From the IMG/VR virus record IMGVR_UViG_3300036790_000109, positions 1 through 55,390 of that record: a stretch of DNA of 55,390 bases, one strand, 5' to 3'. Position numbers and translations under genes: made by a program. Below, in pieces: positions 43,038-52,095 of this stretch. The notes beneath the pieces are model-generated. The model ran no database searches. It was not told the DNA's origin and was given only the letters and a program-made list of their open reading frames with translations. Positions within the stretch are counted from its first letter, which is position 1. Each line of letters opens with the position of its first letter. This DNA comes from a virus. Taxonomy: Duplodnaviria; Caudoviricetes.

Positions 43038-45177
43038 ATCGTTTGCTCCTCTTCCCGTCGGTCGCGAGCGGCAGCCCCGCCGCGTACGCAGGCTGGTCGA
43101 TCATGCGCTGCTTGATGCGGTCCACAGGCCCCTGGCCGCCTTCGGGCACCTCGAGGATCACCTTGTCGTGTTCCGACCCCACGATGATCTCCCCGGCTGC
43201 ATCCTGCGCCAGCATCGCGTTGCACAACAGATCCCGGCTGAAGCCCTGGTCCGCGTTCTCGTCGAGCTTGCCGCCATACGTCTGCAGGCGCATCCATTGC
43301 CGCGTGTACGTGTCCACGCCCATGTAGTCCATGAAGCCCGGTATGGTGTACGGCACGAGTTCGTTGTTGATCCAGCGCTCACTCTCCCGCGGCGGCGTCC
43401 ACTCCGGGTCGAAATACTTGATCTTCCGGCCCGACGGCAGGCGCATGCACAGCCACTTGCGGCCCTTGTACGTCTCGACGCGAAAGCCGATCTTCTTGTT
43501 CGGTATCCAAAACACCTGGCCTTCGAACTCGACAGCGCGCTCCGCTGCCTCCTTGAGATGCTTCCAACCTTGCACGATATGCGGGTGGTCACGCCGCCAG
43601 AGGAACTTCAACCCGTTGCAGGCCGTCTCAACGTCCCCACTCACTGTGTTCGACGGATGGTTCTCCCGCATCCACTTCGCGTGCTCAAGGGCTTCCACCG
43701 GCAAGAGCGGGAGGACAACCTTCGCCATCTCCTCAAGATCAATGCCGTAGGTATCAACCATGGTGGCGAATGCGGACACGCCGCCCTCGTACCCGAGCGC
43801 GAGGCGCATGACTTTGCCCCACTGCCGGCGCGGGTCTTCGTCGCTGAAACCGGCGAGATCCAACCCGAACGCGCGGCAGACCGTGATGGAATAGAGATGC
43901 CGGCCTTTCCCCGCATCGTAATCCCGGTAGGCATCAAGCACCCATTGCTCATCGAAGAACCAAGCATTGACCCTATCCTCGATCCCGCTAAAGTCCGGGA
44001 AGACTAAATCCATGCCAGGGGACGAAACGAGTAATCCCCTCACGCACGACCCCGCCACCTTCATCGGATCTTTGTCCGGCCACAGGAAGCGGATGGTCTC
44101 CAGCGACCGCTCCCGGAACGCCTCGATCGCCACGTTCGGGTCCTTGATCAGAGGCCGCGCGAGGTTCTGCACCTGCACGAGCTGAGAAGACCAGCGCCCA
44201 GTAGCCGCCCCGTAGAACGAGAGCATGCCGCGCAAGCGGCCGTCCGCACAGGCCACACGGAGCATCGCCTGCAGCTTGGACACCGATTTCGCACCGTACG
44301 CGGTAAAAATCCGCAGGACTTTCTTGGCAGTCTCGGGGATGGTGGGGAGTTTCACGGCACATTTGATCGTCTCCGCTGTCATGTCCAGCAAGCCAGGGTA
44401 CCCGTTGGCACGAACCCACTCGGCGATCTTTTCGCGCTGCGTGGGCTTCAGTCCCGTCCCGGTTAACCAATCGCGTGTCAGTTCCTCACACTCGACGGCG
44501 AGCTGCTCCTTGTACTGCTCGACGACATAGAGAATGTTCTGCGCGGACTCAAGATCGACAAGCCACCCCGCGTCGTTCACACGCTGATCTAGCTCATACA
44601 GCCGCTGCTCGTTCGGGTCGATATCCGGCAGGGCCTGGTCAATCTCGCGCTCGGCCCGCACGTCGTCCTTGCAATATCGCCAGAGCGTCTCGAACTTCTC
44701 CAGCGCGTTCTTCATCGTCCATCGCGTAGCGGGGTCAGCCTTGGTAGGTTTGCGCGGCTTGCATAGCGCCAGCATTGCGAAGCGACCGTTGTCGTCCTTG
44801 GGTGCCGTGCCGAGGGCTTTAGCCGCCTCGGCAAGAGATCGGGGGATGCCGTTCGAGGCGGCCTTGACTGCGGTGCAGCGACCCTGCGGGATACCCAGCG
44901 GCGGGAAACCGATCTTGCGGGCGGCCGCGCTGTTCGACATCACGCGCTCGAACATGTAATTGTGGGCGCAGACCGTGCCGCCAGATTCGATGTGTTGCCG
45001 CAGCCGCTCAGGACACGGGCCGTCCAAATCGGGGCGCCAGAGCTGTACCTCTTCGTCGTCGAAGGCGTAGCAAACGCAAAGGATCTCCGTGGTGGGGTCT
45101 TCCGCGTATTTGTAGAGCCCGCAATCGCCGAGATCGCACTCGCTGTAGGACTCGAAGTCTAGATGCGCGACGGTCAT
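43027..45177 (-). CDS. DNA polymerase family A (APSE/BPP-1 type) with 3'-5' exonuclease
   Basis: LDFES, AHN..FER, YCKDDV, TGRWSS..VQ.QNL, DFSGIE.R, RQWGK, YGGKL.EN, HD. Confidence 0.93.
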   Translation of the reverse strand: MTVAHLDFESYSECDLGDCGLYKYAEDPTTEILCVCYAFDDEEVQLWRPDLDGPCPERLRQHIESGGTVCAHNYMFERVMSNSAAARKIGFPPLGIPQGRCTAVKAASNGIPRSLAEAAKALGTAPKDDNGRFAMLALCKPRKPTKADPATRWTMKNALEKFETLWRYCKDDVRAEREIDQALPDIDPNEQRLYELDQRVNDAGWLVDLESAQNILYVVEQYKEQLAVECEELTRDWLTGTGLKPTQREKIAEWVRANGYPGLLDMTAETIKCAVKLPTIPETAKKVLRIFTAYGAKSVSKLQAMLRVACADGRLRGMLSFYGAATGRWSSQLVQVQNLARPLIKDPNVAIEAFRERSLETIRFLWPDKDPMKVAGSCVRGLLVSSPGMDLVFPDFSGIEDRVNAWFFDEQWVLDAYRDYDAGKGRHLYSITVCRAFGLDLAGFSDEDPRRQWGKVMRLALGYEGGVSAFATMVDTYGIDLEEMAKVVLPLLPVEALEHAKWMRENHPSNTVSGDVETACNGLKFLWRRDHPHIVQGWKHLKEAAERAVEFEGQVFWIPNKKIGFRVETYKGRKWLCMRLPSGRKIKYFDPEWTPPRESERWINNELVPYTIPGFMDYMGVDTYTRQWMRLQTYGGKLDENADQGFSRDLLCNAMLAQDAAGEIIVGSEHDKVILEVPEGGQGPVDRIKQRMIDQPAYAAGLPLATDGKRSKRYGK

Positions 45178-45683
45178 TGCAGGTGACTCCAAGACGTACC
45201 ATCAAGGATGCGGCGAACCGTGGCCTGTGCGCAGTTAACCTCGCGAGCAATTGCCGCTTTTGTACACCCTTCATCGTAGCGCCGCCGGACATGCAGCACG
45301 ACATCGTCTGTTAGCTTGGACGCCCAGCAGCGTTCTCCGACAGGCTGCGTACCGTGGCGGCGCTTGTCTGCCATGTTGGCCGCAACGGTTTTCCACGCGA
45401 GGTTGCCGGCGCGGCAATCTTGGTTGATCCCGTTATCGTGCGCTACCCAGTAGCCGTCGCCAGGACGCGGTCCGTGAAAAGCCTCGCAGACAATCGAATG
45501 TACCGTCCGCATGGTACGAACCCCCTCTTTACTGAGGGCGACCTGCGGGTACCGATTCGTGCATATTGCCTGCGCGAGTACCTTCCCGGGGGTGCGCGGC
45601 CGCGACAATGAGCGCACGCGCCCCTGATCCGAGACTTCGTACAAGCCCTCGAATCCGACAACGGCTTTCCAACGCTCCTTCAT
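45174..45683 (-). CDS. NUMOD4-HNH homing endonuclease
   Basis: ERWKAVVGFEGLYEVSDQGRVRS; VH..V..AFHGP...HDNG...NL.W.T...N. Confidence 0.92.
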   Translation of the reverse strand: MKERWKAVVGFEGLYEVSDQGRVRSLSRPRTPGKVLAQAICTNRYPQVALSKEGVRTMRTVHSIVCEAFHGPRPGDGYWVAHDNGINQDCRAGNLAWKTVAANMADKRRHGTQPVGERCWASKLTDDVVLHVRRRYDEGCTKAAIAREVNCAQATVRRILDGTSWSHLQ

Positions 45684-45943
45684 GCGACCTTCGCTATCTG
45701 GTCAACAAGGATCTCCGTCTTGACGACGGGCGTGCCCGGTGAGCCGCCGAGATCCGGCCGGCCACGAGGCGGCAAGGGTGGGGCGGTCGTATCGTCGGCC
45801 ACACCTTCTGCGCGGACCGACAACAGCTTCGCAGTGCCGAGCTGCCCGACGATCTGGCGGGCAATCGCTTCCGCGTTCTGAAGCGTATCCGCCTGGACTT
45901 CCACTTCGAACTTGCGGGCGATGATTGCGAGGAACTTTGCCAT
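45680..45943 (-). CDS. Hypothetical protein
   Basis: 87-aa ORF with GGAG SD. Confidence 0.65.
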   Translation of the reverse strand: MAKFLAIIARKFEVEVQADTLQNAEAIARQIVGQLGTAKLLSVRAEGVADDTTAPPLPPRGRPDLGGSPGTPVVKTEILVDQIAKVA

Positions 45944-45954
45944 TCACTTCTCCA

Positions 45955-45985
45955 GAAAAAGACGGGCGGCCGCAAGCACCGCCCC
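45955..45985 (-). terminator. Rho-independent terminator after SSB
   Basis: GC-rich GGGCGG/CCGCCC hairpin followed by TCTTTTT on the minus strand. Confidence 0.65.
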
Positions 45986-46002
45986 AAGCGCTTCTCCTCA
46001 AA

Positions 46003-46728
46003 TCAATCCCAAGGGTCCTTACCCGCCGTGCCCGCAGCGGGCGCCGAGTCGCCAGGCATGTCGGCGAGCTCATCCGCCGCGGTGCGCTTGGCACCGCCGA
46101 ACGCCTCGCCGGGGCGCACGAACTGCACCGAACGGAAGTTGGCGTTCACACCGGCCTGCTCGTTGTTGTAGACGTAGAGGCTGATGCGACCAGTGCAGAA
46201 CGCACCGCCGTACGGCACCTCGTTGCTCGAGACGGTCTCTTCGGTCGTCTTGCCGGTCTGACGGTCGACTATGTGCCAAGCGTTGTCGCTCAGCAGCTCC
46301 ACCTGACGGCCGCGCCGGTCACCGATGATCGGCGGCGTGTTGTCTGCGACTTTGACGTAGAACATATCCTTGTAGCCGTCGTAGACCTTCTTCAGCTTGT
46401 TCCCTTCACCGAAGCAGAAGAGGACGCCTTTCGTCCCGGTCGTCTCGTTGTCCTTCGGCCAGTTGCTGCGGCCGTTGAAGAAGATGTCGAGCTGCCGCAG
46501 CGCCTCATCTTTGATCTCCTTGATGGTGGCGGCCGCTTGCGCGTTGCTCGGGTCGAGCAGCCAGGTCATCGTCGCCTGCGGCTTCTTCGCCTTCCCCGTC
46601 TTCGGGTCCGTCTTCACCTCATTGCCGAACCGGTCGGTACGGTAGTGAAGTTCCGGACGGTAGAAGCTGACGCGTCCCTCGGGGATGCGGATGATCTTCG
46701 GTTCGATCTTGGGTCGTTCGTTTGCCAT
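46003..46728 (-). CDS. ssDNA-binding protein (DUF2815, gp2.5-like)
   Basis: GRVSF, YGGAF, GVNA.F..VQF...GEAFGG, acidic-aromatic tail DPWD. Confidence 0.85.
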   Translation of the reverse strand: MANERPKIEPKIIRIPEGRVSFYRPELHYRTDRFGNEVKTDPKTGKAKKPQATMTWLLDPSNAQAAATIKEIKDEALRQLDIFFNGRSNWPKDNETTGTKGVLFCFGEGNKLKKVYDGYKDMFYVKVADNTPPIIGDRRGRQVELLSDNAWHIVDRQTGKTTEETVSSNEVPYGGAFCTGRISLYVYNNEQAGVNANFRSVQFVRPGEAFGGAKRTAADELADMPGDSAPAAGTAGKDPWD

Positions 46729-46747
46729 GTTTGTCCATTACCTCGTA

Positions 46748-46954
46748 TTAACGGATGTCTTTCGGGGGCAACAGCGAGCCCTCGATGTGTGGCGCGGGAG
46801 GTGCGCTGGGTTCTAGCGCGCGCACTTTTTCGAGCGTTGTCCCGGCAAGCCACGTAGCGTGTTGGTACGCCCCAAGAGATATCTCTCGCAACGCGGCAAT
46901 GCATAAATCGCGCTGTTGCTCCGACGTAGAAGGATTATTGGAGAAAAGCGTCAT
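46748..46954 (-). CDS. Hypothetical protein
   Basis: 68-aa ORF in the operon. Confidence 0.55.
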   Translation of the reverse strand: MTLFSNNPSTSEQQRDLCIAALREISLGAYQHATWLAGTTLEKVRALEPSAPPAPHIEGSLLPPKDIR

Positions 46955-47188
46955 TCAGTCCTCCCGTACGTTTACGGTGTTGGCTCGAAGTTTTGCAACG
47001 GCGGCGTCTACTGCCCGATTCGAATTCGCTTGATGCGCAATCGCATCGGCGCGGCACTCCACTGCGTTACGCAACTCATCCGCCTCCTTCAATTTTCCCG
47101 CCGCGGCCATGCACAAATCTACAGTGCGGTTGTCCCCGGAGACTTTCTCAAGCGCTTCAGCTAATTCGCATATAGTTAACTTTGCCAC
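46955..47188 (-). CDS. Hypothetical protein
   Basis: 77-aa ORF with GGAGG SD. Confidence 0.6.
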   Translation of the reverse strand: MAKLTICELAEALEKVSGDNRTVDLCMAAAGKLKEADELRNAVECRADAIAHQANSNRAVDAAVAKLRANTVNVRED

Positions 47189-47196
47189 TAACCCTC

Positions 47197-47448
47197 CTAC
47201 TTGACCGTCTTCATAACCAAAGCTGCAGCTTGAATTCTCGGGTCGTCTGACGTAGTAAGTTCTGTAACTACTATCATATTTTTACGGCAAAAACTGCATC
47301 CGTTAGCGGGGTGATTCTTCGAATCGCTGGCGCCACATGCCCAGCAGCCGAAAGAAAGCGACAACCCGCATGCAGCAGCGTCATCGATCAGCCCGCGAAC
47401 GCGCTGTAAAAGGCGATCGATACGCGCGCGGTAGTCAGCTTCTGTCAC
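47197..47448 (-). CDS. Hypothetical protein with two CxxC motifs
   Basis: CWAC...CSFC; GTGA-coupled. Confidence 0.6.
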   Translation of the reverse strand: MTEADYRARIDRLLQRVRGLIDDAAACGLSLSFGCWACGASDSKNHPANGCSFCRKNMIVVTELTTSDDPRIQAAALVMKTVK

Positions 47449-48227
47449 GTTCCCACCTCCATAAGTTCCTCATCCGCATCTCGATAAAACGTCCCACCTG
47501 TCTCGTGCGACACCTTGTACGAAGCTCGCGTTGAGCACGTCGTCTTCTTGCCGCAGAACTTGCAGTGCGGGCCCGCCTTGTACTGATCCTTCAGCTTCCC
47601 AGCCAACAGCGCCTCGGTGCGTGGCCGCACTACGTCGTATCCCCACTGGAGCAAATGCCCGACGCTGATCTCCTCACACTCCACTTCGGCTGCCACGCCT
47701 CTACGCGGTTGCGAAATGCGGTTGATGAACTTCTTGAACTTGTATATCCAGTCGTACTTGAAGAAGACGCCAAGGTCGTACAGCTTGAGCTGCGAATTAT
47801 CCTTTGCGCTGACGACGACTCCCTTGCCGCCCTTAAAATCGGTGACGACACACGCATCTCGATAAGGTCGTGCATCATCGAGCGTTCCGAACCCCCCAGG
47901 CACCAACTCGTCATACGTCACGATCTCCTCAACCAGCGCCGGCCCCGGCAGCTTCTGCACGCTCTCGACGAACGTGTCGACGGCGCGGATCATCGACTTC
48001 CCGACCTTGAACTGGTACTCGCCGCTCTGGAGGATCTTGCCTTTCCAGTGCTCCGCCGATCGTCCCTCGTTCCGTGCCCACTCCGAGAGCGTGTGCATGG
48101 CCGTCCCTTCGGCCGCGTACTCGGTTTGCCCCTGGCCTTCACCCGCGCCGCAGTTGAGCCAACGCTCGGAACTCGACGGGCCGAGAGGGCTGTGTGGCCC
48201 CGGCGGGATGACGATGACTTCGCTCAA
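47445..48227 (-). CDS. DUF2800 (Cas4-like PD-(D/E)XK) nuclease, short form
   Basis: HSPLGPSSSERWLNC, AAEGT..H, FGT.D, DFK.GKG, NSQLKLY, HCKFC....C; TTG start 48227. Confidence 0.85.
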   Translation of the reverse strand: MSEVIVIPPGPHSPLGPSSSERWLNCGAGEGQGQTEYAAEGTAMHTLSEWARNEGRSAEHWKGKILQSGEYQFKVGKSMIRAVDTFVESVQKLPGPALVEEIVTYDELVPGGFGTLDDARPYRDACVVTDFKGGKGVVVSAKDNSQLKLYDLGVFFKYDWIYKFKKFINRISQPRRGVAAEVECEEISVGHLLQWGYDVVRPRTEALLAGKLKDQYKAGPHCKFCGKKTTCSTRASYKVSHETGGTFYRDADEELMEVGT

Positions 48228-48769
48228 AGCAATTCCCGAGCTCGCTTCAAGAACTCTTCCTCCACCGCTGCTGGATGCCAGAGCGGCATGCGCACGCCGG
48301 TGCCCCAAAACCCGGCCACTTCCTGTCGGAACACGGCATCGTCCGTAGTCTTCGTCCAGGCAAGCCACTCGGGGTCCAACCCGAACACGCAGAAGATGAG
48401 TTTCCCCGTCTCGTGCTCGATCCGTCGGTACTCCGCCATCAACGGCGCGTGTTTCACCGGCGAGGCGATATCGTTCAAGTACGCCTCGCTTGCATCGTGT
48501 AGAAGCCCCGCGAGCGTCGCCTCCTTCGATCCGGCGAACCGGAGCGCCATCCCCGCCGACACCTCGAGCGAATGCTGCCCCACGCTGTAATGCTGCGGGC
48601 AGGCGCCCGTGTACCGGCACAACAGGCTCAGGTGATGGGCAATGTCCTCGATGCAAATGTCTGCAGCCCGAAGCGCAAGCGGGTTCACATACTTGCCAGT
48701 GAACGTCCTGATTTTCCCTTTGCGCTCTTGGGCGTCGCGCGAGAGGGTTGTGATGTAGTCCGCTTGCAT
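48224..48769 (-). CDS. HD-domain deoxynucleotide phosphohydrolase (YfdR/YfbR-like)
   Basis: IEDIAH.LS..CRY.G, YSV.QHS, LLHDASEAY..DI..PVK. Confidence 0.88.
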   Translation of the reverse strand: MQADYITTLSRDAQERKGKIRTFTGKYVNPLALRAADICIEDIAHHLSLLCRYTGACPQHYSVGQHSLEVSAGMALRFAGSKEATLAGLLHDASEAYLNDIASPVKHAPLMAEYRRIEHETGKLIFCVFGLDPEWLAWTKTTDDAVFRQEVAGFWGTGVRMPLWHPAAVEEEFLKRARELL

Positions 48770-48785
48770 GTCCGGTTCTCCTGTG

Positions 48786-48908
48786 AGGCTATAGCCTGTC
48801 AAACGTCCGCTGCTTGACAGGCCACAACCTGTCGGCTGGTTTTCCGCCCATCTCCCGCGCGCTCGGTGCTTTACTGCCGCGGCAGGACAGCTACCACGAG
48901 CGCGCGGG
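48786..48908 (-). ncRNA. Candidate structured RNA / processing element
   Basis: 17-bp stem 48786-48802 / 48814-48830, complete only on the minus strand via three G-U pairs; 12-bp stem 48854-48865 / 48897-48908. Confidence 0.45.
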
Positions 48909-48918
48909 CGGGACTCGG

Positions 48919-49662
48919 TCAGGTCTTGGTGGTCGGAAGCGCCTTGACGGCGGCAATCACCGCCGCATACTTCTCGGCCGGGAGCGCCTTGAGCGACGGC
49001 CCGCTGCCGCCACCGGCAGCCGGCGCGACGCCGCCGTGCTCCATCACGACCTTCTGCACGGTCTCCTGGCTCGTGCGCTTGCCGGCCTCAACCAGCGCGG
49101 CCCGCACGTCCTCTACCGTCGGGGCGATTGCTGCAGGCATCGTGCCGGTCTCGAACGGGTCGACTTCGGCCGCGGGCTCCCCGGGTGTGCTCTTCTTGGC
49201 GGCGGCCGCCAAGACCAGCGCGTACTTCTCCGGGGTGCGCTGGAGCTCGGTCAGGTTATCGACGCCACTCGCTTCCTTGAGCACCTTCAGGGCCTCGGCC
49301 TGACTGGTGACCTTGGACAGCTTCGTCAGCGCCTCGCGTACCTGATCGATGGTCGCCGTAACGGCGGCAGCGGGCGGGGCCGTATTGAACGGATCGGCCT
49401 CTACGACCGCCGGAGCGGCCGCAGGCGCCGTGCTGGCGGTGGGGGCGTCACTGCCACCCTTCGCCGGGCGGCCGCGCGGCTTGGGAGCCGCCTTGTCGGC
49501 TGTGGAGGCGGCTGGCGGCACCGAAGCCACGGTGCCTGACTGCGCGTAGATCGGCTTGCCGCCGTACGTACCGTTCACCGCCTCGGCGAGCGTCGAGATC
49601 GCCCCGGCTATCAACGCCAGATTGGTCGCGACGCGGCTCAGGGCGTCTTCTTGCTCTGCCAT
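48919..49662 (-). CDS. Ala/Pro-rich protein with two helical repeat domains, typical of APSE-like replication modules
   Basis: TIDQVREAL...PEKYALVL and TVEDVRAAL...AEKYAAVI; two ADPF/VDPF motifs. Confidence 0.75.
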   Translation of the reverse strand: MAEQEDALSRVATNLALIAGAISTLAEAVNGTYGGKPIYAQSGTVASVPPAASTADKAAPKPRGRPAKGGSDAPTASTAPAAAPAVVEADPFNTAPPAAAVTATIDQVREALTKLSKVTSQAEALKVLKEASGVDNLTELQRTPEKYALVLAAAAKKSTPGEPAAEVDPFETGTMPAAIAPTVEDVRAALVEAGKRTSQETVQKVVMEHGGVAPAAGGGSGPSLKALPAEKYAAVIAAVKALPTTKT

Positions 49663-49697
49663 ATGTCAAGTCCTCTGCTGTGGTGGAAAAGTAGAAA

Positions 49698-50093
49698 TTA
49701 CAATCTGGCGCCGCGGGCCAGCGGCGCGCCTTCGGCTTCGATTTCCCGCTGCAGGAGCCGAAGCGCCCGCCAGGCGGCGGCGGCGGAGTGCCGCACTTCG
49801 ACTTTCGTGCCATCGGCAAGGATCATCTCGTCCCATGTGCCGCGGTCCTTCAGGTGGCGCAGCAATGCATCGGCGTCATCGCCCGACTTACCGCGGGCGT
49901 CGTGCAACGGCTCGCCGGGGTTGTGCTTCGCGTTGCCCCAGTAGCTCAGCATCGCTACAGCCGTTAGCGCATCGGGGAAGTAATCGAGACAGCCCGTGGC
50001 GAGCGGCATCGTCTTGCGCGGATCGACCGGTTTGCCGGTGCCCGCGACGCCATCATTAACGGCCAACTGCTTCTCAAAATCGTACTGGATCAT
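49698..50093 (-). CDS. dATP/dGTP diphosphohydrolase-like (DUF5664-like) protein
   Basis: DYFPDAL.AVA..S..GNAKH, ADALLRHL, H.AAAAWRAL. Confidence 0.7.
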   Translation of the reverse strand: MIQYDFEKQLAVNDGVAGTGKPVDPRKTMPLATGCLDYFPDALTAVAMLSYWGNAKHNPGEPLHDARGKSGDDADALLRHLKDRGTWDEMILADGTKVEVRHSAAAAWRALRLLQREIEAEGAPLARGARL

Positions 50094-50953
50094 GTCAGTT
50101 TGCTCTTTCGTGTTTCCACGTCCGTCAGAAGTTTCTTCCCGCGGCACCACCCGCCGCACGACGTGCACTGGTACCTCGTGTACACTCCTTGTTGCAAAGT
50201 CGTAAACCCGGCGTGTCGGAGCTTCGGACTTGCACATTTCGGGCAGACTCCTCCGGCGCGTAGGTCATACGTTCCAAGGTTGGGATGGGTTGCCATCCAG
50301 GGCCGCAGGCGGTAGTACACCTTGCGCGTCGAGACGATGTCCTGGATGTTGTATTTCTTGAGCTCTTTCCAGGCGAGCGGGTTGTCCTTCAGGCACTCGA
50401 TCCAGAGTTCGAACCCGGGGAACTTCTTGTGCTCCGACTTCGGGCTGTCGGTAAGCAGCTTCGATGTCCAGGCGAGCTTCTGACTCGTGAAGGCGAACGC
50501 CTTGCGGGCCTCCAGCATCGTGTCGATCACGCGGATGGGCGAGTAGGGCGTGTAGCCGTGCTCGATCAGGCGCGCGTTGATCTTACGAACATCGAACCGC
50601 TTGCCGTTCTGGGCGACGACTAGGTCGGCCTCATCCAGCAGCCGCCATACCTGCTCGAGGAGCATGCTGTCATCGCGCACCTTCTCCGCGCCGCGACCGC
50701 CGGTGTCGGCATAGAACGGCTTGCTGCCATCCAGCCACTGCGCCGCGTACGAGAGGATGGTCCAGTCGGTCTTGATGAAGTCGATGCCGATGTTCTGGTC
50801 CCAGAGGCCCCACACATACGCCTCGATCGGCGCGGACTCGATGTCGAGCACGAGGATGCGGGGGTCTTTGGGCGCGGCAACGGGGTCGAGCTTCTCCGTA
50901 TGGAGGATGCGACCGCCACCGTTGTCGGGGAATGAGAGCTTTCTCACGCTCAT
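50090..50953 (-). CDS. RNase H-fold DEDD exonuclease with C-terminal zinc ribbon
   Basis: LDIESAP, QNGKRFD, IDT, YNIQDI, CPKC...CTSC. Confidence 0.88.
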   Translation of the reverse strand: MSVRKLSFPDNGGGRILHTEKLDPVAAPKDPRILVLDIESAPIEAYVWGLWDQNIGIDFIKTDWTILSYAAQWLDGSKPFYADTGGRGAEKVRDDSMLLEQVWRLLDEADLVVAQNGKRFDVRKINARLIEHGYTPYSPIRVIDTMLEARKAFAFTSQKLAWTSKLLTDSPKSEHKKFPGFELWIECLKDNPLAWKELKKYNIQDIVSTRKVYYRLRPWMATHPNLGTYDLRAGGVCPKCASPKLRHAGFTTLQQGVYTRYQCTSCGGWCRGKKLLTDVETRKSKLT

Positions 50954-51126
50954 TTCGCCATCCCTTTGATCTTGGAAATGCGTGAGGCGAGCGTCTGCAA
51001 CGTGATGCCGAGCGCCTTCGCCGCCGCGCGCCGGTCGCCACTCGCCTTGCGCATGGCGGTCACGGTCTCTTGCACCCAGCTACCGTCGCGCTTCTGCGTT
51101 CTGTCGGGGAATGCCAGATTCTTCAC
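50950..51126 (-). CDS. Small Fis-like HTH protein
   Basis: GDRRAAAKALGITLQTLASRISK; GTG start 51126. Confidence 0.7.
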   Translation of the reverse strand: MKNLAFPDRTQKRDGSWVQETVTAMRKASGDRRAAAKALGITLQTLASRISKIKGMAK

Positions 51127-51644
51127 AGTCCTACCTCCGTGACACGCCGCGACCACTCCTGCACCGCCTCACGATCGAGGGGTAGCTGCTGGTACTGCGG
51201 CTGGATGTTCATGTTGACGAGCTGCCGGAACCGGTACAGGTCGAACGGCACGCCCAAGCGCTTGCACATGTCGACGGCATCGGCCGTCCTGAACGCCGAC
51301 CGCCAGTCGTACATCTTGGCTCCCGGGATCGCCTGCATCCGGCGAAGGTGCCGGGCGTGGTCGAGCTCGTTCATGCCGAGGACGCGCAGCGATGCGTTGA
51401 TCTCGCGCGGGTCGCGATAAATCAAGATCTTCGGGCACCTCTGGGCTAGCACCCACTCTGGGTGGAGGAGGGCCGCAGTGCAGGAGATACCGATACGCCG
51501 ACCCGGAATGTGAATCTGCTGCAACTGGTCGGCCGTGTACTCGAGGAACGGGTCGTGCAGGCACAGCGTCTCGTCCGTCGTCAGGAGGTTGGCGAGCCAG
51601 GTCGTTGCAGAGCGCGGACCGGCGAGGACCATGAAGTTGATCAT
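51123..51644 (-). CDS. Sulfotransferase-like / P-loop protein
   Basis: GPRSATTWLANLL...CLHDP, IYRDP.EI.ASL. Confidence 0.65.
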   Translation of the reverse strand: MINFMVLAGPRSATTWLANLLTTDETLCLHDPFLEYTADQLQQIHIPGRRIGISCTAALLHPEWVLAQRCPKILIYRDPREINASLRVLGMNELDHARHLRRMQAIPGAKMYDWRSAFRTADAVDMCKRLGVPFDLYRFRQLVNMNIQPQYQQLPLDREAVQEWSRRVTEVGL

Positions 51645-51898
51645 GCGGCCACCTGTTTGTGGGATTCGAAGTCGAGCTGCTCATCTGTGAGATACGGCTT
51701 GTAGACGGTGTTGCGCGTCTCGAACACCGGGCCGCCTGCGCCGCGGGCGCGCACGAGCTGCACGCGCGTCGTCCTGATCCACTCACCGGGGGCCGGTATC
51801 TTTGCGCTGTGGTGCTCGCGCAGGTAGACGAATGCCAGTTCCCCGGGAACTACTTCACCGGCGAGATCCACGTAATGCACTTCGGGCTTGTCGCTCAC
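51641..51898 (-). CDS. Hypothetical phage protein
   Basis: WIRTTRV...FETRNTVY motif; GTG start 51898. Confidence 0.7.
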   Translation of the reverse strand: MSDKPEVHYVDLAGEVVPGELAFVYLREHHSAKIPAPGEWIRTTRVQLVRARGAGGPVFETRNTVYKPYLTDEQLDFESHKQVAA

Positions 51899-52095
51899 TT
51901 TGAACTCCTCGGGACTGCGGGGTCGCGGACGATGCCGGGCGTGGCTCCTATCTGGAGTTCCATCTGGGCGTCGCCGTCGTAGCCGGTAGCGCCCGCGTGG
52001 TTGCACCACGGGCCGTCGTCGCGTTCGGCGACCGTGCGCATGTCGTGCTGCTCAACGCCGCAACGCGGACAGCGGTATACGTACAAAGGGCTCAT
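51895..52095 (-). CDS. FmdB-like zinc ribbon protein
   Basis: MSPLYVYRCPRCG. Confidence 0.7.
   Translation of the reverse strand: MSPLYVYRCPRCGVEQHDMRTVAERDDGPWCNHAGATGYDGDAQMELQIGATPGIVRDPAVPRSSK

Noticed and set aside
47445-48656. 403-aa DUF2800 ORF, or a split DUF2800 with a separate C-terminal gene
   Set aside because: The N-terminal extension overlaps the HD gene, and none of the downstream ORFs resembles the missing C-terminal region.
48224-50093. Z-genome (2-aminoadenine) pathway
   Set aside because: No PurZ/adenylosuccinate synthetase-like ORF anywhere in the window.
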